From the NCBI GenBank assembly GCA_964433455.1, contig CAYSSF010000001.1, forward strand, positions 610 through 64,609: DNA of 64,000 nt, written 5' to 3'. Under the pieces are notes generated by a model. It saw only the letters and a program-made list of their open reading frames with translations. It did no database searches and was not told where the DNA came from. This DNA comes from an uncultured Syntrophaceae bacterium. GTDB lineage: Bacteria > Desulfobacterota > Syntrophia > Syntrophales > UBA5619. Each line of letters begins with the position of its first letter. Position 1 is the first letter of the stretch. Of the stretch, positions 46,521 through 56,139 are shown one piece after another. The position numbers were made by a program, and so were the translations under genes.

Positions 46521-46808
46521 TCATTTCTGGACGGCTGCATCCCGATACCGGTTGTTGGCCGAATAGACAAAGGCAAGGATTTCGGAAACCGCTCTATACA
46601 GTTCTACCGGGATCTGTTCGTCGATATCCAGTTTGCTTAATATCTGGACAAGGGCGGGATCGCTCCGGAGCGGGATGCCATTTTTTCCCGCCAGTTCAAT
46701 GATCTTTTCCGCTATTGCGCCCCGGCCTTTCGCGACGACTTTCGGAGCGGCATCCTTCCGGCTGTCATATTTCAGCGCGGCAGCGATGATCGTTTCGGGG
46801 GTTTTCAT
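46521..46808 (-). CDS. Stand-alone FlhB C-terminal (CC) subdomain homologue (FlhX/YlqH-like)
   Basis: 'AAALKYDSRKDAAPKVVAKGRGAIAEKIIELAGKNGIPL...VELYRAVSEILAFVY' parallels FlhB after its NPTH site. There are no TM segments and no NPTH motif. Confidence 0.85.
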   Translation of the reverse strand: MKTPETIIAAALKYDSRKDAAPKVVAKGRGAIAEKIIELAGKNGIPLRSDPALVQILSKLDIDEQIPVELYRAVSEILAFVYSANNRYRDAAVQK

Positions 46809-47959
46809 ATGCTCACGTCGATGGAGTTACGAGTAAAAATGCTATGCTCATTCAGAAACTCCTGTTTCCATGACCCGATGTCCCGGTCCAGCACACATTG
46901 GAGAAGGCCGATGGCGTAATCGATTTCCGAGAGGGCATGACCCAGCGCCGGCAGGAGCGGCTGCATGAAATCGACCACCTCCTGATCCGGACATTTCAAC
47001 GTGCAGTGAACAATCCCTTCTCTGACCCCCATGTCCGCCGTTAGTTCGCCGAGAGCGTCCATGTCGAGAAAGAGGACGATACGGCACCCTCTTTCCGTAC
47101 CCTGTTCGTCATTTCCGCGGTCGGCCTCGATGAAGATCTCCTGCATTCTGATCCCACCGGGAAATTGAACCGGGATCTGCAGTGTAAACAAACCGTCCTG
47201 CTCTTGCGCCAACACATTGACGATCTGTAACGATTCGATGACTGTCGCGGCGCGATCGGCCAGATCGGCAAATCGCTTGAGCGGTGAGCCCTCCAGGTTA
47301 TCATCGCCAGAGGGGGTTGGGGCGGCTCTCCCTTCGGCAGAAATTTTCAGCAGAAGTTCCTTCAGAGAGGCGCCGCTCCTCTTCTCTTCGAGGAGAGAGG
47401 GATCCGACAAGGCCCGGAGCAGTCTCCGCTCGCCCGTCAGACCGAGGGCAATCACGTAATCCTTGAAGAACAGCGGGTCGGCGATATTGTCGTCGGTCAT
47501 GATCAGTTGGTTCAGTATCCTGTAAAGGCTCTGCCCCTCCGGCTTCGACAGGAAATGCAGCGGTGGATTTGGCGTTCCCTCATGGAACAGCGCCTTCAGT
47601 GAGGCGATCATCTCCTTCAGCGCGCCGGGATTGGATCGATAAAACTTCAAGAATTCATTGGTTCTGGATATCTCGATGTTTTCAGCGAAGACCGTCCGCA
47701 GCACAAGGGTCGGATGGAACTGCTCCACCTGGACCGTCAATGTTTCGCCGCTTTTCAGAGGCAGGAGGCTCTTCGCCAGCAGGGTGGAATTTTTGATCTG
47801 CAAGAGGGTCTGACCCTGATGGCTGTCACCCAGAACCCGGGCGTTCAGCCGCTCACCCAGAACGAGAGGCGGCAGCGGCGTCAGTTTCAAAACCTCCGCC
47901 ACTTTTTGCAGGGCTGTGGTTGTCCCTTGGGAGACGGAGGGTGCGATTGCGGTGGCCAT
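46805..47959 (-). CDS. FliK-like protein (Flg_hook-type C-terminal domain)
   Basis: The C-terminus 'RIVLFLDMDALGELTADMGVREGIVHCTLKC...LLPALGHAL' follows the FliK C-terminal pattern seen in the fliK fragment at 63418. Overlaps the next gene by ATGA. Confidence 0.6.
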   Translation of the reverse strand: MATAIAPSVSQGTTTALQKVAEVLKLTPLPPLVLGERLNARVLGDSHQGQTLLQIKNSTLLAKSLLPLKSGETLTVQVEQFHPTLVLRTVFAENIEISRTNEFLKFYRSNPGALKEMIASLKALFHEGTPNPPLHFLSKPEGQSLYRILNQLIMTDDNIADPLFFKDYVIALGLTGERRLLRALSDPSLLEEKRSGASLKELLLKISAEGRAAPTPSGDDNLEGSPLKRFADLADRAATVIESLQIVNVLAQEQDGLFTLQIPVQFPGGIRMQEIFIEADRGNDEQGTERGCRIVLFLDMDALGELTADMGVREGIVHCTLKCPDQEVVDFMQPLLPALGHALSEIDYAIGLLQCVLDRDIGSWKQEFLNEHSIFTRNSIDVSI

Positions 47960-47964
47960 CGGGC

Positions 47965-48267
47965 TTAAACCTGAATATCGATGTGATCGTTCTGTTTCAC
48001 TTGGCAGGAACTGTTCCCTTCCACGGCCTGCTCCGCCGACTCCTGATCCCGCGGATGTTCTTTCTGCTGCTTGTTCCCTTCATCATCGTCAACCGTTGCA
48101 TGGCGAATGGAATCGGATTCATTTACCTTTTTTCCCAATTTGCGCCGTTCCTGAGCGAGCTGACTCTCGAAATAGTGCTGCTGCATTTCGGGATGCCGCT
48201 GCTGGAGCTGCTGAATCCGGTCAATGACCTGCGATTGAAGCATCTGTCTCTCAATGGCGCTGACCAT
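47965..48267 (-). CDS. Sigma-28-dependent hypothetical protein (100 aa, Gln-rich helix plus acidic tail)
   Basis: ORF starts 37 nt after a strong FliA promoter. An AAGGGA RBS lies upstream. No recognisable family. Confidence 0.5.
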   Translation of the reverse strand: MVSAIERQMLQSQVIDRIQQLQQRHPEMQQHYFESQLAQERRKLGKKVNESDSIRHATVDDDEGNKQQKEHPRDQESAEQAVEGNSSCQVKQNDHIDIQV

Positions 48268-48303
48268 TTTGATCCCTTTCCGAAAACTTCAGTTGATATC
48301 AGT

Positions 48304-48331
48304 ATATCGGCACAGGAAGGGAGTCACTTTA
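48304..48331 (-). promoter_or_regulatory. Sigma-28 promoter TAAAGTGA-N12-GCCGATAT
   Basis: Read on the minus strand, between the fliA stop and orf100. Confidence 0.75.
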
Positions 48332-48372
48332 GTTCGAGCGGAGAAAGGGTCCTGCTTTCCCCTCTGACGTCA

Positions 48373-49077
48373 TCACTCTTTCAGCCTGCCGCGAAGATGC
48401 AGGATAGCCTGGGTATGCAACTGGCAAACCCGGGATTCGGTAAGATTGAGGATCAGGCCGATTTCTTTCATGGTCATCTCATCGTAATAATAAAGGGAAA
48501 TAACCAGTTTTTCCTTTTGGGGGAGCGCCTCGATCACCTCCTTGAGCCGGTGCTGGAGCTCTTTGCCGACAAACATCTCCAGCGGATTGCCCTTGTCAAC
48601 CGTTTCGAGCACCTCCGAAACACTGTGGGTCTCGATATAATCGGGAGTCAGATCTTCCTGACTGATCAGCGGGATCCCCTTGGTCGCATCCAGCAATTGG
48701 AAATACTGCTCCAGCGTGATCCCCAGATAATCGGCCACCTCCTCTTCATCGGGCGGACGTCCCAGTTTGTTTTGCAGGGCATGGAATGCCTTCTCCAGTT
48801 TACCGTCCTTGTGGCGGACGGATCGCGGCACCCAGTCCCGCAACCTCAATTCATCCAGCACGGCGCCCCGAATCCGGAAGCGCGCAAAGGTCTCGAACTG
48901 CACCTTCCTGGCGCTGTCAAATTTCTCAAGCGCCTCCATGAGCCCGATGATGCCGACGTTGACCAACCCTTCCCGATCCGCGGCATCGATCGGCAGCTTG
49001 AATGTCAATCGACCGACGACATTCTTCACGAGGGGGGCATATTTCAGGATCAGCGCATCACGCTCTTTTTTATCCAT
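48373..49077 (-). CDS. fliA: Flagellar sigma factor sigma-28
   Basis: Regions 2 to 4 are present, with the 4.2 HTH 'MTMKEIGLILNLTESRVCQLHTQAILHLR'. Confidence 0.95.
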   Translation of the reverse strand: MDKKERDALILKYAPLVKNVVGRLTFKLPIDAADREGLVNVGIIGLMEALEKFDSARKVQFETFARFRIRGAVLDELRLRDWVPRSVRHKDGKLEKAFHALQNKLGRPPDEEEVADYLGITLEQYFQLLDATKGIPLISQEDLTPDYIETHSVSEVLETVDKGNPLEMFVGKELQHRLKEVIEALPQKEKLVISLYYYDEMTMKEIGLILNLTESRVCQLHTQAILHLRGRLKE

Positions 49078-49081
49078 GGTC

Positions 49082-49951
49082 TTAATTAAAAAAACGGATC
49101 CCGCCGTTGCTTTCTCGCTCCGGTCTCGGCATGCAGAGTCTTTCCGCCACGGCCCTGAGGCACTTTACAGAAGGTGAATCGGGATACAGTTCGGCCAGAA
49201 GCCTCTGTTGCTTGACCCCCCGCTGAAGATTTTCGTCATAGGAGATATAACCGAGTTCTTCAATCGCCAGATTGAGGAAATGGTTGGTCGCCTGGGCCAA
49301 CCTCAGGAAGACCTCCTTGGCTTCGTTCGGCGACTTCACCATATTCACCAGCAGGCTGAACCGCTTTTTGGCGTGCCGCTGATAGAGGATCTTGATCAGC
49401 GCATAGGCGTCGGTCAGGGAGGTCGGTTCCGGCGTCACGACCACAATGGTCTCGCCGGCGACCATATTGAAATAGAGGACGTTGTCGTTGATGCCCGCGC
49501 TGGTGTCGATCAGAAGGAAATCCGGTCGCGTCTGCAAGGCGTTGAGTTCGTCCTGGAGGGTCAATTTCTGCGCCATCGACAAACTGGACATCTCCTGGAT
49601 CCCCGATGACGAGGCGAGAATCTTGATTCCACCGGGTCCGGTAACGATCGCTTCCCTGAGTGTTCTTTCACCCTTGAGAACATGGTAGAGGTTGTATTTG
49701 GGCGTCAACCCGAGGATCAGATCGATATTGGCCAGGCCGCAATCGGCGTCAAGGATCATTGTTTTTTTCTTCATCCCCGCAAGCAGATAGGCAAGATTGG
49801 CCGTGATATTGGTTTTCCCGACTCCCCCTTTGCCGCTCGTTATCGAAATGACGCATATCTCATTTTGATGCGCACCCCTTTTTCCCGGTGCTTCATCGGG
49901 CGCCGTCATCTTCTGTCCGGTGATTTGTCTAAGCATGGCCGCCTGGTCCAC
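49082..49951 (-). CDS. flhG: MinD-type ATPase FlhG (FleN/YlxH)
   Basis: Deviant Walker A 'SGKGGVGKT'. Positioned between flhF and fliA. Confidence 0.92.
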   Translation of the reverse strand: MDQAAMLRQITGQKMTAPDEAPGKRGAHQNEICVISITSGKGGVGKTNITANLAYLLAGMKKKTMILDADCGLANIDLILGLTPKYNLYHVLKGERTLREAIVTGPGGIKILASSSGIQEMSSLSMAQKLTLQDELNALQTRPDFLLIDTSAGINDNVLYFNMVAGETIVVVTPEPTSLTDAYALIKILYQRHAKKRFSLLVNMVKSPNEAKEVFLRLAQATNHFLNLAIEELGYISYDENLQRGVKQQRLLAELYPDSPSVKCLRAVAERLCMPRPERESNGGIRFFN

Positions 49952-49970
49952 ATTAACCTCTCCATTGAAT

Positions 49971-51092
49971 TTAATTCAACCTGCTTTGAAGAATCAGCTT
50001 TGCAAGTCTCTCGGGACTTGCCCTTTCAATATCCCGCGGAACGTTCTGGCCGGTGGTCACGTGCGAGACCGGTTTCCCGATCTCATCGAGAACCTCGTAC
50101 AGGGGTCCGAAATGGTTGCACTCGTCCACCTTCGTGAGGATGAGACGATCAAAATTGAATATTCCGAAACGGTTTGCCGTATCCAGCAGATTTTCCCGGC
50201 TGGCAACGGGACTCAGGAGTAAAACCGTTTCCACGTCTGCATGGAGAATCGCCTTGAGATCGTTGAGCCCCCGATCGTCATTGTGGTTCCTGCCCGGCGT
50301 ATCCACGAGAATCATGTCTTTTTCGGAAAAGCCCGCCACGGAGCGCAGGAACGCCTCCTTTTCCGGGGCGACCTGGATGGGAAGCCCCATGATCTTTGCA
50401 TAAACCTTCAACTGCTCGACGGCCGCGATTCTGTAGGTGTCGGTCGTGATCATGCCGACCTTCATCTTTTTCTCAAGGCTGTAATGGGCGGCAAGTTTGG
50501 CCAGCGTCGTTGTCTTACCGACGCCTGTTGGCCCGATAAATGCTTTGATCCGCTGCTCTTTTCGCCCATTTTTCGCAAGGGAGCGGGCAATCAGATTTTC
50601 CGCGATGGCGGCGCTTTTTTCATAGGTGTCCCTCTCCTTTTGCACGTAATCCTTCTTCATCTTCTCCAGCAGTGCGGCCGCCTTGAAACGGGAAACACCG
50701 CCGGCGACCATTTTCGTGTAGAGACTCCTCATGTGAGCGGAATAGCGGATGGAGACCATATCCAGCAGGAGGTTCATCGTCTCTTTAAGCTCTAAAAGCT
50801 CGCGCCGACGGGGAAATTCCTGTTTCAGCCCCTCGATTCCCGATTTGAGTTCGTGAATCTCCATTTCAAGACAGGAGAGCGGCTCAGACAGCCGCACCTC
50901 TTTACGGTGAGACGGTGCCTCCGGAAACACGGAAGGTTCCGTTTTTTCATCCCTGGCGGCGAGCACCTCAATCCGGGGAGGGTTGTCCGATATCCTGCCG
51001 GTTGACAAAATGATCGCATCCGGACCGAGCTCCTTCTTGATTCTGACCGTCGCCTCATGCAGATTGGCCGCTTCATAGCGTTTGATTTGCAT
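49971..51092 (-). CDS. flhF: SRP-type GTPase FlhF
   Basis: MQIKRYEAANLHEATVRIKKELGPDAIIL, 'GPTGVGKTTT' and 'DTPGR'. ATG 51092 abuts the flhA stop. Confidence 0.92.
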   Translation of the reverse strand: MQIKRYEAANLHEATVRIKKELGPDAIILSTGRISDNPPRIEVLAARDEKTEPSVFPEAPSHRKEVRLSEPLSCLEMEIHELKSGIEGLKQEFPRRRELLELKETMNLLLDMVSIRYSAHMRSLYTKMVAGGVSRFKAAALLEKMKKDYVQKERDTYEKSAAIAENLIARSLAKNGRKEQRIKAFIGPTGVGKTTTLAKLAAHYSLEKKMKVGMITTDTYRIAAVEQLKVYAKIMGLPIQVAPEKEAFLRSVAGFSEKDMILVDTPGRNHNDDRGLNDLKAILHADVETVLLLSPVASRENLLDTANRFGIFNFDRLILTKVDECNHFGPLYEVLDEIGKPVSHVTTGQNVPRDIERASPERLAKLILQSRLN

Positions 51093-51093
51093 A

Positions 51094-53172
51094 TCAGCCT
51101 TCCACCATTCCGAGTGATGTAATGTTTGTATCCGAAGTGATTTCATTATGGGCAAGAACAACGATATTCGGGAAGAAACGTTCCATGATTTTTCTCAAGT
51201 GAATTCGTGTATTGGCAGAGGTCAGCACGATAGGCGGGAGCCCTTTGGATGTGAAACTTCCCACGATTTTTTGGGTGCTTTCGATGAACGTTCTGACCAT
51301 GCCCGGGTCAGGAGAGACGAAGGACTCATACTCCGTATGCTGAATGGAACGGTTGATCACATCCTCGACCGTTGGAGAAACCATCATCACATGGATGGTG
51401 TTATCTCGATCACGGTATTGCCGGGTAATGGTACGGCTTAGGGATTGCCTAACATATCCTGTCAGGATGTCTACATTTTTTGTCATAGGAACATAATCGG
51501 CCAGTGTTTCGATGATCGTCAACATGTCGCGGACTGAGACCCTTTCCCTCAAAAGCCGCTGCAACACCTTTTGAAGCGTTCCCAGCGGGACCGCCTTGGG
51601 AACGAGATCCTCGATCACTTTCGGGTGGTTGGCGGCAAGGCTGTCGATGATGGCCTGCACCTCCTGCCGGCCAAGCAGTTCGTCAAAATGGGACTTGACG
51701 ATTTCGGTAATATGGGTGGTGATCACGGTTGCCGTATCGACGACAACGATCCCCCGGCCCTGAACGGTTTCGGCTTCTCTTTCCGGGATCCATACGGCAG
51801 GAAGGCCAAAGGCCGGCTCCCTGGTTGAAATACCGGCAATTTTCAAACCGCCCTCCTCCGGGAGGATCGCAAGCCGATGATCGAGAAGCAACTCCCCTCG
51901 AGCAAGTTCCGCCCCTTTCATCAGGAAAGAATATTCATTCGGCTTGAGTTGGAGGTTGTCCCGAATATGGACGGCCGGCATAATGAACCCCATTTCGGAC
52001 GCCAGTTGTTTCCTCAATGCCTTGATTCTGTGGAGAAGTTCTCCCCCCTGGGAGGTATCCACCAGAGGGATCAGTCCATAACCGACCTCGAGACAGAGGG
52101 GATCCAGAGGAATCAGCAGGTCCACCGGGGCCTCCGCGGCCGGGACCGGGGCGGCTTCCTCTTCCGTCTCTGCCGATTCCTTCCCCGATTGAAAAAGGTT
52201 GTAGGCGAGAAACGCCATCAGGGAGGCAACGATGATGAATGCCACCTTGGGCATGCCCGGAATCAACGCAAAGGTGAAGAGTACGATTGCAGAAAGCGCA
52301 ATCGCCTTGGGATGGGTAAAGAGCTGTTTTTTCATCTCTTCGCCCAGTTCTCCCGATGCGGTGGTTCTGGTCACCAGCATGCCGGCAGCCGTGGAAACGA
52401 TCAGCGCCGGCACCTGCGACACCAGGCCGTCTCCGACCGACAGGAGCGTGTAGGTCCGGGCGGCGTCCGCCAGGGCCATGCCCTGTTGCATCACCCCGAC
52501 GATCAGGCCGCCGATGATATTGACCAGAACAATGATGATGCCGGCGACCGCATCGCCGCGAACAAATTTACTGGCGCCGTCCATTGCGCCGTAGAAATTG
52601 GCCTCGGTTTCGATCTCGCGGCGGCGGCGGCGGGCATCGGCGTCGGAAATCAATCCCGTATTCAAATCGGCGTCGATGCTCATCTGTTTGCCGGGCATCG
52701 CGTCGAGGGTAAATCGCGCCGCCACTTCGGCGATCCTCGTCGCCCCCTTGGTGATCACGACAAAGTTGATGAGGACCAACACGCAGAAAACAATCATCCC
52801 GACGATGTAATTGCCTCCGACCACAAAGCTTCCGAACGCTTTAATGACCTGCCCGGCAGCCCCTGTTCCCTCGCTTCCATGAAGCAGGATCAACCGCGTC
52901 GAAGCCACGTTCAGGGAGAGCCGAAGCAGGGTCACTGTCAGCAATACTGAAGGAAATGCAGAAAAATCAAGTGGTTTCATCACATACATCGACATGAGCA
53001 AGATGATGATCGAAACGGTGATGCTGAAGGAAAGCAGGATGTCCAAAATGGATGTCGGCAGGGGAACCAACATGACCAGCAGGATTCCGATGACGCCCAT
53101 CGCCAGCATCGCGCTGCTTCCTGCCGTGATGGATGAAAGGACGCTTCTTTTAACAGCGATCGCTTGGGCCAT
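51094..53172 (-). CDS. flhA: Flagellar export gate protein FlhA
   Basis: 692 aa with 'FVRGDAVAGIIIVLVNIIGG', 8 TM segments and a cytoplasmic domain. Confidence 0.97.
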   Translation of the reverse strand: MAQAIAVKRSVLSSITAGSSAMLAMGVIGILLVMLVPLPTSILDILLSFSITVSIIILLMSMYVMKPLDFSAFPSVLLTVTLLRLSLNVASTRLILLHGSEGTGAAGQVIKAFGSFVVGGNYIVGMIVFCVLVLINFVVITKGATRIAEVAARFTLDAMPGKQMSIDADLNTGLISDADARRRRREIETEANFYGAMDGASKFVRGDAVAGIIIVLVNIIGGLIVGVMQQGMALADAARTYTLLSVGDGLVSQVPALIVSTAAGMLVTRTTASGELGEEMKKQLFTHPKAIALSAIVLFTFALIPGMPKVAFIIVASLMAFLAYNLFQSGKESAETEEEAAPVPAAEAPVDLLIPLDPLCLEVGYGLIPLVDTSQGGELLHRIKALRKQLASEMGFIMPAVHIRDNLQLKPNEYSFLMKGAELARGELLLDHRLAILPEEGGLKIAGISTREPAFGLPAVWIPEREAETVQGRGIVVVDTATVITTHITEIVKSHFDELLGRQEVQAIIDSLAANHPKVIEDLVPKAVPLGTLQKVLQRLLRERVSVRDMLTIIETLADYVPMTKNVDILTGYVRQSLSRTITRQYRDRDNTIHVMMVSPTVEDVINRSIQHTEYESFVSPDPGMVRTFIESTQKIVGSFTSKGLPPIVLTSANTRIHLRKIMERFFPNIVVLAHNEITSDTNITSLGMVEG

Positions 53173-54245
53173 TACACCTTCATCCCCTTCCGTTTTGATG
53201 AATAAACATGGGCCAGGATCTCTGCAATCGCCTTGTAAAGGTTTTCAGGGACCGCATGATCCACGGCTGTCATCTTATACAATACTTGTGCCACCAACTT
53301 GTTTTCGATGACGGGCACACCGCTCTCCCTTGCAATCTCCTTGATTCTTTGGGCCAGGAAATCGGCCCCCTTTGCGATGACGCACGGCGCGTTCATGGTG
53401 TCCGGTTCGTAACGGATGGCAACCGCAAGGTGGGTCGGGTTCGTAATCACCACATCCGCTTTGGGAACAGCCGCCATCATCCTTTTTTTGGCCATTTCCC
53501 GCTGAAGCCTTCGGATCCGCCCTTTGATCAGCGGATCCCCGTCGGTTTGTTTGTTCTCTTCCTTGATTTCCTTGATGGACATCTTGAGGCTTTTTTCATG
53601 CTCCCATTTCTGATAACCGTAATCGAGGACGGCCAGGATAACCATAATCCAGCAGGTGCTGTAAAGGATCTTGAAAGCAACCTTCACCATGTAGCTCAGA
53701 ATATCCATCACGCCGAGATCCACCATCAGGAAAAGTTTGGAGGATTCTCCCTTGATGGTCAGATAGGCGACAGCTCCGATGATGGCCATTTTCAGGATAC
53801 TCTTGACCAGTTCGACCAGAGATCGCAGTGCAAAGAGTCTCTTGAATCCTTTGATCGGGTCAATTTTTGAATACTTGGGGGTAATGGCCTCTGATGAGAA
53901 AAGGAAGCCCACCTGCATAAGGTTGATCATCAAACCGGCAATCATCGCCACCAACAGGAAAGGGGCCAACAGCACAAAGGTTTTAAAGGAGAGATTCATC
54001 AGCAGAGGCTGGATATTGTCGATATTGACGGTCATTTGGCCCGATTGACTAAAAGTGCTTCTCATCAACTCCATCAACCGGGTTCCCATGGAGGAAGCGC
54101 CAAAATAGAAATAGACCAGGCACGCCCCAAGAACGGCAACCGAAGCCAGTTCCCTGCTCTTGGCAACCTGTCCTTTTTCGCGCGCATCATCCCGTCTCTT
54201 GGATGTCGCCTGTTCGGTTTTTTCCTGATTGCTCTCTTCTGCCAT
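53172..54245 (-). CDS. flhB: Flagellar export switch protein FlhB
   Basis: 'EKTEQATSKRRDDAREKGQV' and the autocleavage site 'VVITNPTHLAVAIRY'. Confidence 0.96.
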   Translation of the reverse strand: MAEESNQEKTEQATSKRRDDAREKGQVAKSRELASVAVLGACLVYFYFGASSMGTRLMELMRSTFSQSGQMTVNIDNIQPLLMNLSFKTFVLLAPFLLVAMIAGLMINLMQVGFLFSSEAITPKYSKIDPIKGFKRLFALRSLVELVKSILKMAIIGAVAYLTIKGESSKLFLMVDLGVMDILSYMVKVAFKILYSTCWIMVILAVLDYGYQKWEHEKSLKMSIKEIKEENKQTDGDPLIKGRIRRLQREMAKKRMMAAVPKADVVITNPTHLAVAIRYEPDTMNAPCVIAKGADFLAQRIKEIARESGVPVIENKLVAQVLYKMTAVDHAVPENLYKAIAEILAHVYSSKRKGMKV

Positions 54246-54295
54246 GCACCCGTCCGTCTATTTTATGACGCAGACGTTGAAAATTGACGCTGCCT

Positions 54296-55087
54296 TTACA
54301 TCAACTGCAACAACACATTCACCACGGTCTGCGTCCCGGTGAGCATTCCCTGAATCACGCTGGCAAAAAATGGCGACATGAAACCCAAAATGGTCAACCC
54401 TACAGCGATCTGTAACGGGAAGCCCACAATGAAGATATTGATTTGCGGGACCGTTCTGGCCACGACCCCGAGCGCAACGTTCGTGAAAAACAGAACCGCC
54501 ATGACAGGGGCGCTGATTTTGATCGCCGTGACGAACAACTCCTTCGACAAAATGAGAATCTGTTGCATGAGCGACCCGGAAAAGTGATACGCAAAGGGCG
54601 CCACAACCCGGTAACTGTCGGCAATAGCAATGATAAATATGTGGTGTGCATCAACCGCCAGATAAATCAACATGGCGACCAGGTACTGAAATTGGGAGAT
54701 GACCGAAACCTGCGCGGCGGACATCGGATCAATGACGTTGACGATCGAAAAGCCGATCTGAATGCCGATCATCTGTCCGGCAAACTGTATGCCGGAGAAG
54801 ATGATTTTGGCCGCAAATCCGATCACGATACCAATAAACGCCTCACTGCACATTGCAACCGCAAGGACAAAGATCTCCGCTTCCGAGGCCGAAGGGAGAG
54901 CAGGAAGCTTTATCTGGACGGTGGGCAAAAGCAACAGCGAGAGCAGTATCGCGAGGCAACCTTTCACCCGGAGCGGGACGTTCCGTTCGCCAATCACGGG
55001 GATCATGATGAGCATGGCGCCGATCCGGAGGAAAAGAAAGGTGAACAGGATCAATTGTTCTGTATCGATCATCGGCGTCCCCATCAT
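54296..55087 (-). CDS. fliR: Flagellar export apparatus protein FliR
   Basis: 263-aa polytopic membrane protein between fliQ and flhB. Confidence 0.92.
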   Translation of the reverse strand: MMGTPMIDTEQLILFTFLFLRIGAMLIMIPVIGERNVPLRVKGCLAILLSLLLLPTVQIKLPALPSASEAEIFVLAVAMCSEAFIGIVIGFAAKIIFSGIQFAGQMIGIQIGFSIVNVIDPMSAAQVSVISQFQYLVAMLIYLAVDAHHIFIIAIADSYRVVAPFAYHFSGSLMQQILILSKELFVTAIKISAPVMAVLFFTNVALGVVARTVPQINIFIVGFPLQIAVGLTILGFMSPFFASVIQGMLTGTQTVVNVLLQLM

Positions 55088-55092
55088 GGCCG

Positions 55093-55362
55093 CTATCGGA
55101 TGTAATTGGGGATGTTGGTGAACAACTGATAGGTAAAGGAGATGAGAAGATTCATCATCCAGGGGAGCGCCGCCACCAGAACGATGAGGCAGGCGACGAT
55201 CTTGGGGACGAAGACCAGCGTCATTTCCTGTACCTGGGTAACGGCCTGAAATAGACTGATGACAACGCCGACCACGAGTCCCACGAGAAGGACCGGCGCG
55301 GCGACCATCAAGGCGACCCGGATGGTTTCGGCCATGATTCCTACAACAAAATCAACCGTCAT
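55093..55362 (-). CDS. fliQ: Flagellar export apparatus protein FliQ
   Basis: 89 aa, two TM segments, with 'SLFQAVTQVQEMTL'. Confidence 0.95.
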   Translation of the reverse strand: MTVDFVVGIMAETIRVALMVAAPVLLVGLVVGVVISLFQAVTQVQEMTLVFVPKIVACLIVLVAALPWMMNLLISFTYQLFTNIPNYIR

Positions 55363-55380
55363 AACCGATTTCCTCCTTTT

Positions 55381-56136
55381 TTACTTAAAACTCCGAACCA
55401 GGGACTCAATGATCAGATACCAGCCGTCGACCAGCACAAAAAGCAGCAGCTTGAAGGGCAAGCTGATCATGATCGGCGGGAGCATCATCATCCCCATGGA
55501 GAGAAGGATGCTCGCCACAACGATATCCACGATGAAGAAGGGGAGGAAGATCAGAAATCCGATCTGGAAAGCCGTTTTCAATTCACTGATCACGAAGGCG
55601 GGGATGAGAACAGGAAGCGAGACATCCGCCGGTTTCTCCGGCCTCTTCTCTTTTGACAACTTCACAAACAGGGCCAGATCCTTTTCCCGGGTCTGCTTCA
55701 TCATGAAATCCTTCACCGGGGTTGCGGCGAGAGCAAAAGCCTCTTCGCCGGTGATCCGGTCTTCGTAATAGGGTTTCAAGGCCTCCTCATTGACCTGCTG
55801 CCAGACGGGCGCCATAATGAAAAATGAGAGGAACAGGGCCAGCCCGATGACGATCTGGTTGGAGGGCATCTGTTGGGTGCCGAGGGCACTCCTGACCAGG
55901 GAAAGAACAATGACAATCCGTGTGAACGACGTGACCATCATTAAAATGGCGGGCGCCAGCGAGAGCACCGTCAACATCAAGAGCAACTGAACGACCGTGG
56001 CCGCCTTCCCCTGATCCGCATTGCCGCCGATGCTCAGGCTGATATTGGGAAGCGCCGTGGGTTGAGCCGCTGCCGCGACAGCCATGAGCAGGATCACCAA
56101 GAGGAGGAGCGCCGCGATAAGATGTTTCTGCTGCAT
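55381..56136 (-). CDS. fliP: Flagellar export apparatus protein FliP
   Basis: 'LLMLTVLSLAPAILMMVTSFTRIVIVLS' and 'FVISELKTAFQIGF'. Confidence 0.96.
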   Translation of the reverse strand: MQQKHLIAALLLLVILLMAVAAAAQPTALPNISLSIGGNADQGKAATVVQLLLMLTVLSLAPAILMMVTSFTRIVIVLSLVRSALGTQQMPSNQIVIGLALFLSFFIMAPVWQQVNEEALKPYYEDRITGEEAFALAATPVKDFMMKQTREKDLALFVKLSKEKRPEKPADVSLPVLIPAFVISELKTAFQIGFLIFLPFFIVDIVVASILLSMGMMMLPPIMISLPFKLLLFVLVDGWYLIIESLVRSFK

Positions 56137-56139
56137 CGT

